From assembly GCA_013265495.1 (NCBI GenBank), contig MU058065.1, positions 62,001 to 126,000 on the forward strand: DNA of 64,000 bases, read 5' to 3'. This DNA comes from Vicugna vicugna (Eukaryota). Made by a program: the position numbers and the translations under genes. The notes below the pieces were generated by a model. It saw only the letters and a list, made by a program, of their open reading frames with translations, was not told the origin of the DNA and did not search any database. Position 1 is the first letter of the stretch. Each line of letters opens with the position of its first letter. Positions 1 to 14,072 of the stretch are shown piece after piece.

Positions 1-1153
1 TGGCTGCCCACGATGGGAAATTAGCATTAAAGAAGGACTCAAGGTTCCTGGGCTGACACACAGCCCGAAGAGAATATTCTCCAATAAAGTAGGACACCCT
101 ACACAGCCACACAAACCAAAAGCAAAGGAGAAAAGCTCCTGTCTGAAAAGGACAGCAGCAAAAACTCTCTTCCTTACTTTCTGAGTCTTCCTGAATCTCC
201 ACCCTCCTTCTCCAAACAGCATCCAGGTCCCCATAATAAAAATAAACAAACCAACCATGGGCTTCCAGTTGCATTATACAGATTAAGAGAAGTGCAGCTG
301 GTGGAAGAGGTCGGGAAATAACACAACTCACTCTCCTTTTTCTCAAAGGAAAGCAGAACAAGGAACCAAAGTGAGAGAGCTCTCCCCCCGCCAGCCCTCC
401 CACTCCCCTAGCGCCCTGGGAACACCCAGACCAGGAATCAGGAGGCCTGTATCCTAACTAGTCTAGGATCTATCAAGAGCTGCTTGATGGGTCCCTTGAC
501 CGCCCAAATTTCCTTGTTCTCGTCTGCAAAGGAAGTTCATAGACATCAGTGGTTCCCAAACTGTGCTCCCTGGAGCTCCAGGGTTCCATGGAGCTGCCTC
601 TGAGGCAGCCACAGTGACATGGGGGTAAGGCAAAGGGATTGGGGCCCCATGCTTCCTCTCCACCCAAAACAGTTCAGAGTTGACCTATTTGATATATCAA
701 GATCGTGAGTGAACCCTTCTGTCTAAAGAGCCTATGATCACCAAGGCAATTCGCAACTAAAATGGCTTAAAAGCACTGGACCAACATACCTTTTGGTTTT
801 CTATCTTTACAATTATGTGGTTTCTATGTGCCTCGTTGGGTTACTGTCATTAGAACGAATGAATGAATAGGCTGGTTAACACTGATTCTCAAATCTGTGT
901 ACCAGGTTCTACTTAAAAGGTGAGGAAACGGAAACTCAGCTGAGGCAAGTGCACCAGAACCAGACAGCTCAGTAGCTGGCAGGATTCAAACCCAGGAACG
1001 TCAGACATTAAAACCTTTCAGCTGGACTCTGTCCTAACAGTTAAAGAACGAACTTCACTGTAAAAGACAACGTGGTTACCTCATCATTATTGCAATTCTT
1101 TTCGCCACGGAACATCACGTCCTTCATTCGTTTCTCTGAGAGTAAACACTTAC

Positions 1154-1286
1154 CCTGGCGAGAGGAAGTGGATAGCCAGAAGTTCTGCCCAACAGGCAAA
1201 CCTGCTGGGTACAGGACAGCCCAAAACGCTGACAAAGCCTCCGGGGCAATAGTGGTTGTTAAGAACTTTCAAAGCAAACAGAACGC
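1154..1286 (-). CDS. RHBDD1: RHBDD1 second coding exon (133 nt, rhomboid domain)
   Basis: Hand translation: (G)VLFALKVLNNHYCPGGFVSVLGCPVPSRFACWAELLAIHFLSP(G). Acceptor ttactctcttctag| (AG 1288-1287), donor CAGG|GTAAGT (GT 1153-1152). Phase 1 matches the upstream exon and restores GFSGVLF. Confidence 0.96.
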
Positions 1287-1934
1287 CTAGAAGAGAGTAA
1301 AGAGCATACAAACATCAACCCAAATGCGGAGATGATCGACGCTGGCAAGAAACTAACTGAAAGTGAACATGATTATTCGAGCACATCCAACTTTTCGCTT
1401 TGAAACATATTCTACTCCTTACGAGTCAGCCCGGCATTCGGTAGAGAGACAGTCTTCAAGGCAATCATTCCCTCAGCGTTTCTTAACACAGAAGTTCACA
1501 CTGGCTTTCAGTATTCTACTAATATACAACACAGAAGATGGCAGTAAGACGCCAGCAATGGTATGAAATGCCCCTGAATTGTAAACTTCAAAATCATTCA
1601 CTTTATGCGACGTGATTTTTAACGCAAACATTGAGTGTTTTTTTTTTTTTACACGGATGTGTATTTTTCTAACCTTTATGGAAAGACATGTAGAAGGAAC
1701 AGCGTATTTTGGTTCCTCCCCCATTATCAGATGCATGAGGATGCACCTTAGATGGAAGCGGGGCGCGTGGCAGGGAAAGCAGAGGGAAGGTTTGATTTCC
1801 TTCTGTTTTAGGACTGTTTCCCTCCTCCCCTTCACATTATAATTTTGAGAACATATTTCAAGTCCTGATGCCAATTTATAAGATATACGTGAAAAAAAAA
1901 AAAAACTAGTGAGGGGAGTAGTGAGAGGCAATGT

Positions 1935-2150
1935 GACATGTGGTTAAAAGTCGTGCAGACTGGGTTCAAATCCCATCTCCACCACTCACGAGGTGTGTAA
2001 CTTTGAGCAAGTTAACTAACTTCTCTGGGCTCTGGCTTCCTCACCTACAAAATCAAGACACGGCCACCTCCCTATGGACCTGTTACATGAATTAAATAGC
2101 ATGAATTGTGTAGAGAGACTGCCATGGTTCCTAAAACATGGTGAGCATGC
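1935..2150 (+). mobile_element. MIR SINE (one of many; others near 0.9, 4.5, 11.1, 13.4, 20.8, 33.3, 36.3, 37.1, 43.1 and 43.9 kb)
   Basis: MIR core ctgggttcaaatccca...tgtgtaactttgagcaagttaactaacttctctgggc...ttcctcacctacaaaat, recognised by eye. Confidence 0.75.
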
Positions 2151-2496
2151 CATGGTAGGGTGCACTTATTTTAATGGGGTTATTGAGAGTTGCACTCATC
2201 TTCTTAGGATGGAGCCAGGGCATACTTCCAGGACTACGACTCCTACAAAACTACGTTTAGGCAGACCCTAGTCTAGGTTGTCCAAAAGCGAATGATGCAG
2301 TATAATGGGATATAGCAAGATCAGTGTCCCTCCTGTGCTCCAATCAGTCTATTCCCCAAAATCCAAGCCCCAGCAGCCCTCTGCCACTCGGAATTCAGTT
2401 CCCTCACCAACTGAGACTCAGGCTTCAGAAAATCCCCACAGCTGCATCTCTCTTACTGTCTTTACACATGCTACCTTAGAAGCCCACCTGCCTTAC

Positions 2497-2929
2497 CTGA
2501 GAAACCTACAGCACAGTTCCTTTTTAAGTTAGGTTCGTTCATAAATTCCGCCAGAGCAAATTCCAAGAGCAAGTACACCACCCCGGTGAGTACGGAGAAT
2601 GTGGCAATGATGTAGGCAAACCATTTACTTCCCAGTCTTCTTTCCAACTTTATTCCTTTCCATAGCATGGACGCCATGTTGAAATACAAATGCCAATCAT
2701 CCGCGTGGTGAAGAGGGGAAAGCAGGAGGCGCTGCCAGTCTTTCTGCTGGTAACATTTCTCCACGCTAAGGCAGGTGCTCAACAGCGGTTTCAGAGGATT
2801 CAAGAATAACCAGATGTTGAGGGCCAAAGTTGCCAGGGTGACAGGTGGAATATTGTCGATCCCAACATGGAAGATCTGAGAAAGGAGCAAGAGCAGCCCA
2901 ATATTAATTCCTCTTGATCTCCGCTGCAT
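2497..2929 (-). CDS. RHBDD1: RHBDD1 first coding exon, codons 1-144 (RHBDL4 rhomboid protease)
   Basis: MQRRSRGINIGLLLLL..., WQR loop motif, HADDWHLYFNM, AVGFS (catalytic Ser at codon 144). Start context aaccATG; donor TCAG|GTAAGG at 2497/2496. Confidence 0.97.
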
Positions 2930-3004
2930 GGTTAGGTGTCAAGCCAGGGATGGGAAAATGTGGTCAGGTTCTAGGAATCTGGGAAGATTTACAGGCAGCT
3001 GAAC
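2930..3004 (-). other. RHBDD1: 5'UTR part of the RHBDD1 start-codon exon
   Basis: Acceptor ttttactttaccttttag|G (AG 3006-3005), 75 nt upstream of the ATG. Confidence 0.75.
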
Positions 3005-3849
3005 CTAAAAGGTAAAGTAAAATGCACATGAAAATCCATCAGCTAAGAATTAGTATATGACAAGACATACTCACTTAAAGATGGATTTACGTTACATACA
3101 TATTTCTCTCTATGTAGGTATATATAGCTATTTCTTCTCCCATCTAACATAAACAATTATTTTCTGTGTTTTCCAGCATAACATCCAGGACACTGGCTGA
3201 TGTCCCTCCTCATTTTACATTCTAAACTAGAAATGTCATCCCAAATCCCAGTCGACCAGTTAATGGATGGATATGCTTTTTCTGACAAATACGCCATGAA
3301 AATGTGACTTGTCTTCCTTATAAACAAACTCGTAACCTAATTTAAAAAACATACAAAGATAGTGTGCAAATATTTAATAATGATTTCTTCTCAGAGTGCT
3401 GTACACAATTCTTCACCTCCTTCATTTTTTTAAAGAAATGTTCAATTTTGATATTTTAGATAGTCTGCTTCAAAGTTTTTAAACATCAGCAAGCAAGTTT
3501 TAAAATGCAAGCATATATTGTCTTCTATTCCATGTGGGCAGATAGCAACTGCTAGACTGCTTTGTTTTCACAAAAACTTCCACTTTGAAAAGTGACCTAC
3601 TATGTGCCAAATCCTGGATTGAAACAGTCAATGTCTTTAAGTAGCTCATTTTCTACTAAGAAGTAAACCAACAACTGCCACACAATGTTCTAAACACAGG
3701 GACAGAGGGAGCCCAGACCCGAGGCACAGGACTCAGCCAGAGGTGGCTGCGGTCTGGAGGGTAAACTGCATTTAGCAAGGAGGAAGACAGCCACGTTCAG
3801 TGGGCTATTTCTCCACGCCTGGGGCTGGCTTTTGGGACCTGCTCTGGTT

Positions 3850-4197
3850 ATAGAATGAGGAGCAAGGGACGCCCATTCCACATCTAGACCTCAAAATGAT
3901 TTGCAGGCTTCTGCTCCCTCTTGAAACCCTCTCAGGCCATCACGTGGACAAGCCCGGGCTACCCCGCTGAATGATGGAAGACACACGCTCTAATCTCCCT
4001 GACAGCCCTGGTCACTGACCATCTAATGCCTCAGAAGCAAAGCTGCTGAGCTGAAAGCAGCTGACCACAACCATGTAAGTCCAGCTGAGCCCGGGTGACT
4101 TTGGTGACCCACAGAATAGTGAGCTAAATAGATGAGATTTCAAATGAACTTCACCAAGTTTTGGAGTGGTTTGTTATGCAGCAATTACTAAACAACA
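3850..4197 (+). mobile_element. MaLR (MLT1-type) LTR fragment
   Basis: MLT1-like 3' end ttttggagtggtttgttatgcagcaatt; left boundary uncertain. Confidence 0.6.
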
Positions 4198-7100
4198 CAG
4201 AACGCATTTGCTTCAGAAAGGAATTGGGTTATGCTTCAGGGAAGAAGCTTAAAGAAAGAGACACAGACTAAAGATGCCAGAGATAAAAAGAATCGAGTCT
4301 TTAGAGGGAACAGCCTTGTCCATCATAACAGGAAGGAAGAAGAAAGATGTCAGTTGCAGATATGGGTAAATAGGCAGATTGGGGGACAGGATGCTGAAAA
4401 AGTTCTCATCTAGCAGTTTTCTGATTTCCCTGTGGAGATTCCTTGGCTCCCGACCAAAAACATAACTGATTCTGATACCCCAACGATTCTCATTCAGACA
4501 AGCGCATGGGCTTTCCAGTTAAAAAAGGCTGGATTCTCCTCCTTACTAGCCCTGTGACCTAGGCAAATTACTTAAACTTTAATTTCTTCACTTTAAATTG
4601 GAAATAATACCTCCTTCCCAGGATTACTGTAATGTGTCTGGAACAAAGTAGGTACTGAATAAATGGTAGCTACTTTATTCATTACTAAAAGGTAATCTCA
4701 TTTATGTGAAAAAAGGCTTTGCAAATGGGAGCATCCTAATAAGGCTCAAATGTACCCCCATCAGCCCCGACATGGACTCTCATCAACATCACACCCGAAA
4801 GAAATGCCCAAGGAAGAATGACACATATGTGTGTGTGTTGTGTGTATACCTCCAACATTGGCACCACCCAAGTTTCTGTACTGCCATGGGCTTACTATCA
4901 TAGCTCGGCAGCATTCCCGTGGCCCAGAGAACTTAATAAAATTTCAACTGAAAAGCTCGCAGATAATTCTGGAGAAACAGACTATATTTTTCACGTTGAC
5001 GTTCAAGTTGAATTTCAAATCTCCAACTACTGTGACATGCTTGCAATTCCGCTCAGTGAGGTTAGATCTCAAACATCCTTACCTGTAACAGGAGCAATGG
5101 AAAAATCTGGCCTTGATATTAAGTAACCAGCTTACAAGAAGTCACAAAATAAACACTTCAATATCAGTACAACCAGTGTCCTCTGATGCCAAGTATCAGC
5201 AGAAAATCAAAAGTATGTCTTTGCTTAAGAAAAATACCCCTCTCGACGGAAATCATTAGTGATGAAGAATATAAAGGAAAGGACAGTGGAATTTTCCAAG
5301 CTCATTTCACTCATTATGCTTGCTTGACTTCTGCCCAAATCCACAGGCTCCTTTTTGTTCCCATCCCTTCTCGCCTCTCGGCTCTACCTGCCCGCTGCTG
5401 ACTGTTCCCTGGGGCACTGCCTCCCTGCAGCGTCCCCACTTCAATCTCCCTTTCTCTGCTTTTCAGTTTCCCCCCATCCTTACTCTCTTTTGCACACACT
5501 CATGGAATTCCATGCTCAGGGTTTCTGTAAGTCTTTGTATCAGGATGGTTCCCAAATTTAAATCTTACAGCCTTGATTTCTCAGTAGGTTTCAGGGACAT
5601 AATCTTACAGGAAGAAGATTATGCCTGATCTCTTGGTTTCTGAAAATGGAATTATCCCTCCTTCTCACAGAATGACTACTCAGCCACTCCCTCCAACACT
5701 CATTTGTTTAATAAATACCAAGTGCCAAGTGCATGTCAGTCCCCATGCCAGGCTTAGAGGTATACAGCAAAGACCAAAACACTTGCAGTCCCAGCCCCTA
5801 AATGGCCCATTTCTATTTGTTGGAGAAAATTAAAATACTGGCTGCAGAAAATCACAAGATGAATAAAAGGATGTGGTACACTCAGTGTGCAGGCAGAGAT
5901 AACCATAACCAATGTGAACAAGGCATAGTATGTCGGACTCTGCTTTCAAAAGGTCATTAGAACATAAAGTTTTGAGTTCTAAGTAGCGAAGATAAATCTG
6001 CACTACTTCATACCAGCTCCATGGCTGTTTCCTTCCTAGTAAGCTATCAAGTCAGCCATCCAAGGTGAGGGATGCAGCCTGTATGTAACAAGGTAACAGA
6101 AAATCCAACTGGTTCATGCGAAGATCATATCTGTAACTTGACCTTGTGAGCCAGGTAGGCATAGTTCTAGAACACCAAAGACAACAGATTACAACAAGCA
6201 AGCATTTACTGTAAGATGAACATTGTTTTGTCCTGTTCGTCAAACACATAGAAATGTTTAGAGAGCTGAGCTATAAGAGACAGCACAGGGGCGTAACTGA
6301 TGAGCTGGGAACAGGTGCAATGTGCTTGGTTTTGAATGTCTTGGACCCAGACCATAACGTTACACCCGCTCAAGGAAGGGCAGGCTGGTCCCTGCACTCA
6401 ACCCCTCCCCCACCTCATAAACATACCCTCCCCGGCACACTCAACATGCCCCAAACTGAACACTGGACAGTCCCTTTCAATTCTGCTCCTTGTCCCATGT
6501 GCCAGGTCTCAGGACACAGAATCTCCAGCTACCCAGCTGTTCAGGTTGGAGACGGAGAAACCATCCTCAACACCTCCTTCGCTCTCTTCACTCTGCTGCC
6601 CCCAATTCCCACCCATCACGCTGTGCTGATTCTTCCCAACAGCTGGCATCAACCTGCCTCTTTCTAGCTCTACAGCCACCACTCCAGGGGTGGAGCCGCC
6701 ATCACAACTTGCCTGGGTTGCCACAACTCGGCTTCCCTCTTCTCCCTGCCAACCGTTTTCCACTGCTGCTCAGAGGAATCTCCATAAAACTGAAGACAGA
6801 GTCCCCTGCAGTAAGACTCCAATGACTGGAGTGAAGTGCAAACTCTTGACCATAATCACACCACAATTACTCCTGATTTCCAGTGCCCTGCCTACCCCTC
6901 CGGTCTCACCTCTCATTGGTCTCTGCCTCGGTCACTATGACCCGGCCACACGAGTGCTCCCACACCAGGAGCTCCGTGGTTAAAGCATAAAGGCCAAGGG
7001 CAGGATTATCTTACCCGTTTGCATCACCATCTGACCACCCAGAGCCTAGCACAGAGACTGGTACATAGTCAGAGCTTAGTATTTACCCAATGACTCAAGA

Positions 7101-8184
7101 TTAGCATGTTAACTGTATCTACATTCTACAATAAACGACACCGACTGAAAAGGTCTGGATACCTATGAGGTGTTCATCTCTGGTATTTTTCCTATACTTG
7201 CAGCAACTTTCCTCACAGAACTATACATACTATTCCTCTCACCATTTTTAGTTCCAGAACAGTGTTTATAACATTCATCTAAACTTTACAGAAATAAACC
7301 TCTGATCCATTTAAAATATATTAATAGGCTGCTTTGCCAGAACTATTTGATAAAAAAGGCATTTTAATTATGTAGTAATCCACACCAGACAGCACTTTAT
7401 CAGGGTTGTGACAGAGAGAAATGGAATGCCTCTTAAAATATTGATAGGAAAATTAGCCATATTTACTTTTAATGAGAAATTAAAAATTAAACAGGTATGT
7501 AATAAGAAAAAAATAAGTGGCTAGAACAAACAAAAGAGACTGAATTCATAACTTGGGAAACCACCGTGTCTCACGGGGGAGAGAAAGGAGTTTTACAAAA
7601 AGGGGAAAGAAAGTAATCATGGTGATTTCCAATTCTACTCACACAGCAGGAACTATCTCACCACTATCACCTGCCATGGCGATACAGATCTTGATTTTCA
7701 GTTTAAATGTTCAAGAAGAACTCAGGCCATTACACTGCAAGAATACACACCAGTTATAAACGACATTCCCAATTTGGCATCTGGTAATAGCCAAATTAAC
7801 TTCACAAGAAAGAAAAAAAGCCTTAACAGGAGTAATCGAACACTATTCTGAAAACAGCCTTCCACGTCACTGGAAGTGCAACAAATCTTAAAATTATTCA
7901 CTGAGATCTTTTAAAATCGTGCGAGGCTTTTTTTTTTTAAAGAATCAAGAAAAGGTTTATCACTACATATTTGAGGTAGATTCATGCTTTGTCATTATCA
8001 CTCTTTCCATGCCTTTGGTAAATTTCTTTTAAGTTCCAAACATTTTAAGTATATTCTCTGAAAAAAAATTCATAGAGGAGAATGCATGTTTGTTCAAGTC
8101 ACTTGGCACGTGTGTACAAAGGCCAGGCCTGCTACCACCTAGGTTCAATACTTCGCTAATGCCTGACTTTCTAGGTGCTTAAGC

Positions 8185-8905
8185 TTTGGTTTTTAAAAAT
8201 TGAGATATAATTCACATACCATAAAGTTCACTGTCTTAAAGTATACAATTTAGCGTTTTTTGTATATTCACAAGGCTGTGCAATTATTACTACTTCCAGA
8301 ACATTTTCTTTACCCCCAAAAGAAACCCAGTCCCCATCAGCAGTCACTCGGCTCAGCTTCCCACCCCACCCAGCGTCTGGCAACCACTCGTCAACTAATA
8401 TGTGGCCTTTTACACTTGGCTTCTTTCACTCAGCATACTGTTTTCAAGGTTCATCCACCCTGCAGGAAGTGTCAATACTTAGTCCTGTTTTATGGCCAAA
8501 TAATATTTCATCACCTAAAGGTATCTGTGTTTATCGATTTATCAGTTGATGGACATTTGGATTGTTCTCGCTTTTTGGCTATAGTGAGTAATGCTGCTGT
8601 GTACACTTACTCATGTGTAATTTTTTTGTAGAAACATGTTTTCAGTTCTCTTGGTCCTATACCTAGGAACGGAATTGCTGGGTTAGATGATAATGCTACG
8701 CTTAACTTTTTAAAGAACTACCAAACTGTTTTCCAAATTTCTGTGCCATTTACGTTCCCTCCAGCAGCGTATGAGGGTTCCAATTGCTCCATATTCATTA
8801 CTCAACAATACTTGTTTGTATCCATCTTTTTTATTATAATCATCCCAGTGGATGTGAAGTGGGACTGATTTGCATTTCTCTAGGGACTAATGATGCTGAG
8901 CACAT
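8185..8905 (-). mobile_element. Old L1 (L1MB-like) 3' fragment
   Basis: ttgagatataattcacataccataaagttcac...ggacatttggattgtt...cagcagcgtatgagggttccaatt...tgcatttctctagggactaatgatgctgagca, typical antisense L1M 3' sequence. Confidence 0.8.
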
Positions 8906-8984
8906 GCTTAAATTTTCATTGCTTAAAACATGATATAAATACTCACACGCATAGGTACACATAATCATACAGACAAGCATGTAC

Positions 8985-9026
8985 CCTCTCTGTCTCTGTC
9001 TCTCTCTCTGTCTCTGTCTCTCTCTC
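8985..9026. repeat. (TC)n/(TCTCTG)n microsatellite
   Basis: Direct reading. Confidence 0.85.
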
Positions 9027-12000
9027 CAGGAAATACTTTAACAAGCTTCGGTCAAAAGAAAGCTTCAGAAAGAAAGACGACACCATAAAGAAATCACCCC
9101 AGTTAAACTGCCAGGACTTTAGCACTACCATCGCCCTGCGAAGTGATGTGATGAAAGTACGTGTGGACGTACTTCAACAGCAGAGGCATGGCTTAGGCCA
9201 ATGTGTTCAACTCTAAATACTGTAAAATCGTTCTGAAAGATGCAGAAGGTTAGTACAATTTATTGTTTCAAACAAAGCAAAAAAGATACAGAAACAGCAG
9301 ACTGGGTATGCTTAACATAAAAACTTCTGCTTTTTAAATTACAAGAGCTGAACAACAAATTAGTTCCTCATAAATATCATTTAACTCGGGCAAAATATAC
9401 ACAAAACAACTAGATGTATTTTCTCTCTCCTACTGTTTGAGTACCGTGTACTACCTCTAGGAACGAACTGAACTGGCTCATTTCTTCTCACTCCTGTAAC
9501 TCTCTCAGGAATCTTGCCATTTGTGGCTTTCCTAATCCAAACGTAAGAAACTGTTTTCACTATCTGTTACTACAGGGCCAACAGATAGGAACGTTTCAGT
9601 CCAGCACAATAATACTAAGAAAATTCTTTGTTCTTCCAATAACACTTCTTAGCATAATTGCATTTTTCCTAAAAGGTACTAGCTTTCTTAGGCCCCAAGA
9701 AAACCCAATTACAAAATGCAGATTTTCAAGATATTTTTGAAAATAAGAAAATGGTATCATATAACATATATTTGCATTTAACAGAAAACAAGAATTTATT
9801 AACTGAATTCTTGCAAAATAATTTGTTTCCTCTTTTCAAATATATGAATGCATTTCAAAAAGCTTACAGAACTTATCTGCAACACATAGCTGTTAAATGC
9901 AATATACAGTTGTGTGAATAACATGCAAATTATACTTTCAAAAGTTAGTATTTAAATACTAAATGTAATAGCAGCTGCAGCTGGTCTGGCTTCACATCAT
10001 TACACTGTGTTCAATTTACCAGAATGCATCATCTACCTGAGTTGACTAGTAAATGGGAAGTTCTGGGGGTCCAGCGTGGACTCCTCATTAGAGCACAGTC
10101 ATCATTTAATGACAAGTTGCAAATAAATGACAAATTTTTTTCTGCCCATCTAAATCTGTTACATGGCTTCAGGAGCTACAATTAATGATAAAAATCAAAG
10201 AGAATCAGATTAGGACTCTGTTTTCTTATTTCACATCAGAGGCAGAAAGATACAAAGAAATGGAGACAATCGAATGAAAATTGACTTCATGAATACAAAA
10301 TGAAAACTGGAATCAAACTATATTAAGAAGGTACTAGGAATGTAGTCCTCATGAATACTGTGACACTCAGTAATTACATACTAGTATCTATTTCAGAAAA
10401 TAGCTACAACTTGGACTCTGTTCCGGAAGAAATTGGGAATTGAGAGCACTTTCCCATTTTCAGGGCTGCTGAGATCTCCACTTATATAAAGGTTCTGCAG
10501 CCTCATACACTTCACCATCATTACCACAACAGAAAGTCTTCCCAACTCGACACACCCATTAAACTACCTCTCCAAGGCCAACAGGCTAAATCTTTCTAAG
10601 CTACCAGATCCGGCTTAAACACACAAGACCTAGCTTTTAACACCCAAGAGCTCCTCTTTCCCTTTTTCCTGCATACACCATCTCTCCAAATGTACGCAAT
10701 TACAAGACTTCCCATACCCAGTGGGACAGTGTCCACCTATCTTTTACGATGCCTGTCTTAAGTATCAACGCCATGGAGGTGGAAGACAGAACACCTGACC
10801 TCTGGGGAGTTAGGATTTAAGATCACTAAAATGACATAAGAAGTTAAAGAAGGTCCCAGATTACCAAGCAGTCATTGGTAAGGTCACAGGTTATGTGATG
10901 ACAAATCCAACCCAAGGTCAGGCCCTTATCACCTGACACTTCTCCCCCAATCTACTCCATCAGGCCTGATTCAATCTGCTTAAAATCCAATCTCATCGTG
11001 TCATCCCCTGTCTCCAGTCCATCGTGCTGTCTTACTGAGAACAGGCTTTCTGTACTTCATCACTGTAAGACTGAACAGAATCCTAGTTCACAGAATGACT
11101 CTGAAGCCTAATGGCCTGGGTTCAAGTCCTGCCTCAGTTGCTTGGAACTGTATGACCATGGGCAAGTTCTTCATCAATCTAGACCTACAAAAGTTTCCTC
11201 ATTTATAAAACAGATACAAATAATAATAAGACCTGCCTGATAGAGTTACCGATAAGTTAGTCATACATGGAAAACAAACAGAACAACGCCTGAAACATAA
11301 TAAGGACTTTATAAGTATTAGCTGATACAAAATCATCATCTGATCAATTTCAAGCATTTCACCCTTATGATGTGTATATAAATGTCCTTATTATGTTTCC
11401 GGCAATGTTATATATACACGTCTCAGCCTTATAATGTCTACCTATCACAGCCCTGGGTAACATTTTCTTGTTTTGTTTTGTTTTTATTGTAGACCATGTC
11501 CTGCCTTTTATTTCAGCACATCTCACCAGCCAGGACACAGCCCAGGGAAGGGACCCAAAGCATGGGGGCTTCCACACCCTCTTCCAGAGTGGAAAACAGG
11601 GTTCCCAGTTTTCTCCTTTACAGCCATAAATAACATTATTCTCCAAAAATAACTAATATTTACACAATTATTTATTGTTCACAAAGTAGTTAAGTGTACT
11701 TGCTTCATTTCATTTAATTCTCACAGTCCTGTGAAGACAAAAATAGTTCCATGTTATGACTGGCTGGTCTACCCAGAACTTGGCAAAAAAAATCACTTTA
11801 CTGTCCTGTTAGCCATTCTGAAGCCTGCTCTGTAGATCTGCCCAGATGAGAAGTAGGAGCTTCCGCCCTTGAGATGGTCTCTGGATGTTAAATGTCTCTG
11901 TCCAAGGTGCTAAATAATTATGGCCCATCACCACAGACGGGCAGTTCCATGGGGCTCTCTCACCACCAGGGGTCACCAAAGTGAATTTCACATACTTCCC

Positions 12001-14072
12001 ACAGTTCATATTTTAAATTTGACCATTCCAAACATAACCGCCCAATTTAATGGAAATCCTTTCAGCAGTTTTGGTGTGAAACCGTCAAAAAAGAAGCAGA
12101 AATTCTACTTTTTCTTTTTTTTAATATAGATAAAGAAACCAAGATGACAACGCTCATACACTGGACTACTAGGACTCAAATCCATCACCAGCAGACAGTG
12201 CTGCTTGCCAGGCGAGCCCTTCAACTTTCGGTCTCTCACAAATGCAACCCTGCAGCTACTGTCCATCCCTGTGAGAGGTGTCCATCGTCCTGCCTATCCA
12301 TCACTCAAGAAAGCCAATGTCCACACTTCCACAGCACAAAACAAATGCCTCGAATGTCTACAAGGCATTACATAAAAATCTCTTGAAATTCTAGGCAGGC
12401 CAGGAAATAGCTCAAACTTCAGCTTCACAACCAATCTTTTTAACTCAATAGAAATACTTAAGCAAGATGTCAACTACTTTTCTTTCACATAACTGCTTCT
12501 TGGTGGGTAAATTCAAGTTTAAAAGAATTTTTTTAAGTACTAAAAAGGACTAAAACAATGTTTCATTTTCAGTTCAATCTCTACTTGTATGTTGTAAAAT
12601 TTAATTAGAGCTATTTTCAGTAATAAGTGAGAAAAAAGCGATTAAAAGGATGAAGTTTCAATATTTCCCATTTAGCAAAGGGCTGCTTCTTTTATGAAAA
12701 ATAAGACCTTGCCAAAAAGATAAGGTAAAGCCACACATTTTAAGCTAGATATTGATTCTGTCAAAAACGAGACCCACTAAAATGTATGCATTATCAAGTG
12801 AGCCATCACTATGGGTGCCTGGGGCCTGATCTCACTAGGGACCCTGGGAGCTGGCATGGAAGTGTCTCAGTGTTAATTCCAAAGGTCTAGGGGTCTGCTT
12901 TAACTCCCTATCACTGGTGGCTTGCCAGGGCAGGAAAAGCGGGGGCCAGGGACCTGAGAAAATACTCAGGCAAAGAACTGCAGTGCAGGAGGCTGGGAGT
13001 CTGTCTGTCAGAGTCACCAAGGGCACAGGGATGAGGGCAGGGCCATGGCAGTGCTGCGGGCACCACTCCCTGACGTGAGACACACTCCCACCTGCTCCCC
13101 ACAACCCATTCAATTCTGCCCCACCCTTCAAAGCCAGCCCCTGTCTTGCCTCCTTAATATCGGCTCCCTGATCACGTCAGCACTCACTAATCTTCCACAA
13201 TGCCTTCTAAGTGTACGGTTCACCAGTGCCACCTGGATGTCACCAAAGGCCTTCTTCATCTCCACCACACTGTGTCCTCAGTGCACCTTGGGGAGAGCAC
13301 ATACACTGGAGTCCTGATTGGTCTCAATGGCTGCCTTTAGAGTTAAGAGCTATGTGAACTACTTAACCTGAGCCCCAGTTTCCCGCTATGGAAAACGGAA
13401 TAGTGACAGTAACAGCTAAATCTGATCAAAGAATTCTCGTAAAGATTAAACAACTTAAAACACCAAAGTGCTTAGAATAATGCCAAGCACACAGTAAACA
13501 TTCATGAAATCTTAGCTATTGTTTTAATGACTTAAATAGAAATACACTTGCTACTGACTTACAGTTTTTCTAAATACAGATCAAATACAAAAATCCAATC
13601 ATTGGCTAAAGTTACACACTTTACAGTACTAGTTAATCTTCGGTAGTGCTGTTCTCAAACTTTACGTGTGCCACCACCTGACACAGTTAATTCTTACATC
13701 AGGACCCACAAAATTGAGGCCGCCCCAGTGGCCCGCCCATGTCCCAAGTCTAGACCTAAGCCAGCCAGCATTTATGGGAAACACCTCACTGCCCAGGAAA
13801 CCCCACGCCAATCACGCTCCTCCAGCTCAGCTTCAGCCAGCTTGCCTCACCCAAGAACACAGGACCTGCTGGACTTAGAGGTCCAGCTTGGACCTGGCTC
13901 CAGAGTCCTTGTTCTTAAAATGAAGTTCTGAGTCACATTTGTGTGCAGAAAAGTTGAGCGTTTTCAACTTTTAAGAGAGCCTATGTTCACACTCCAGCAG
14001 CACATCAAACGACCGTTTAAATGTTCCGAGTGGTTACTGCTATTGAGGAACTTCAGTTCCAGGTGAGCTGAC

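Noticed and set aside
2471..2496. C-terminal KAGGLLR of the 152-aa ORF
   Set aside because: Intron read-through past the GTAAGG donor.
9923..9930. Octamer ATGCAAAT
   Set aside because: A single 8-mer in AT-rich DNA, expected by chance.
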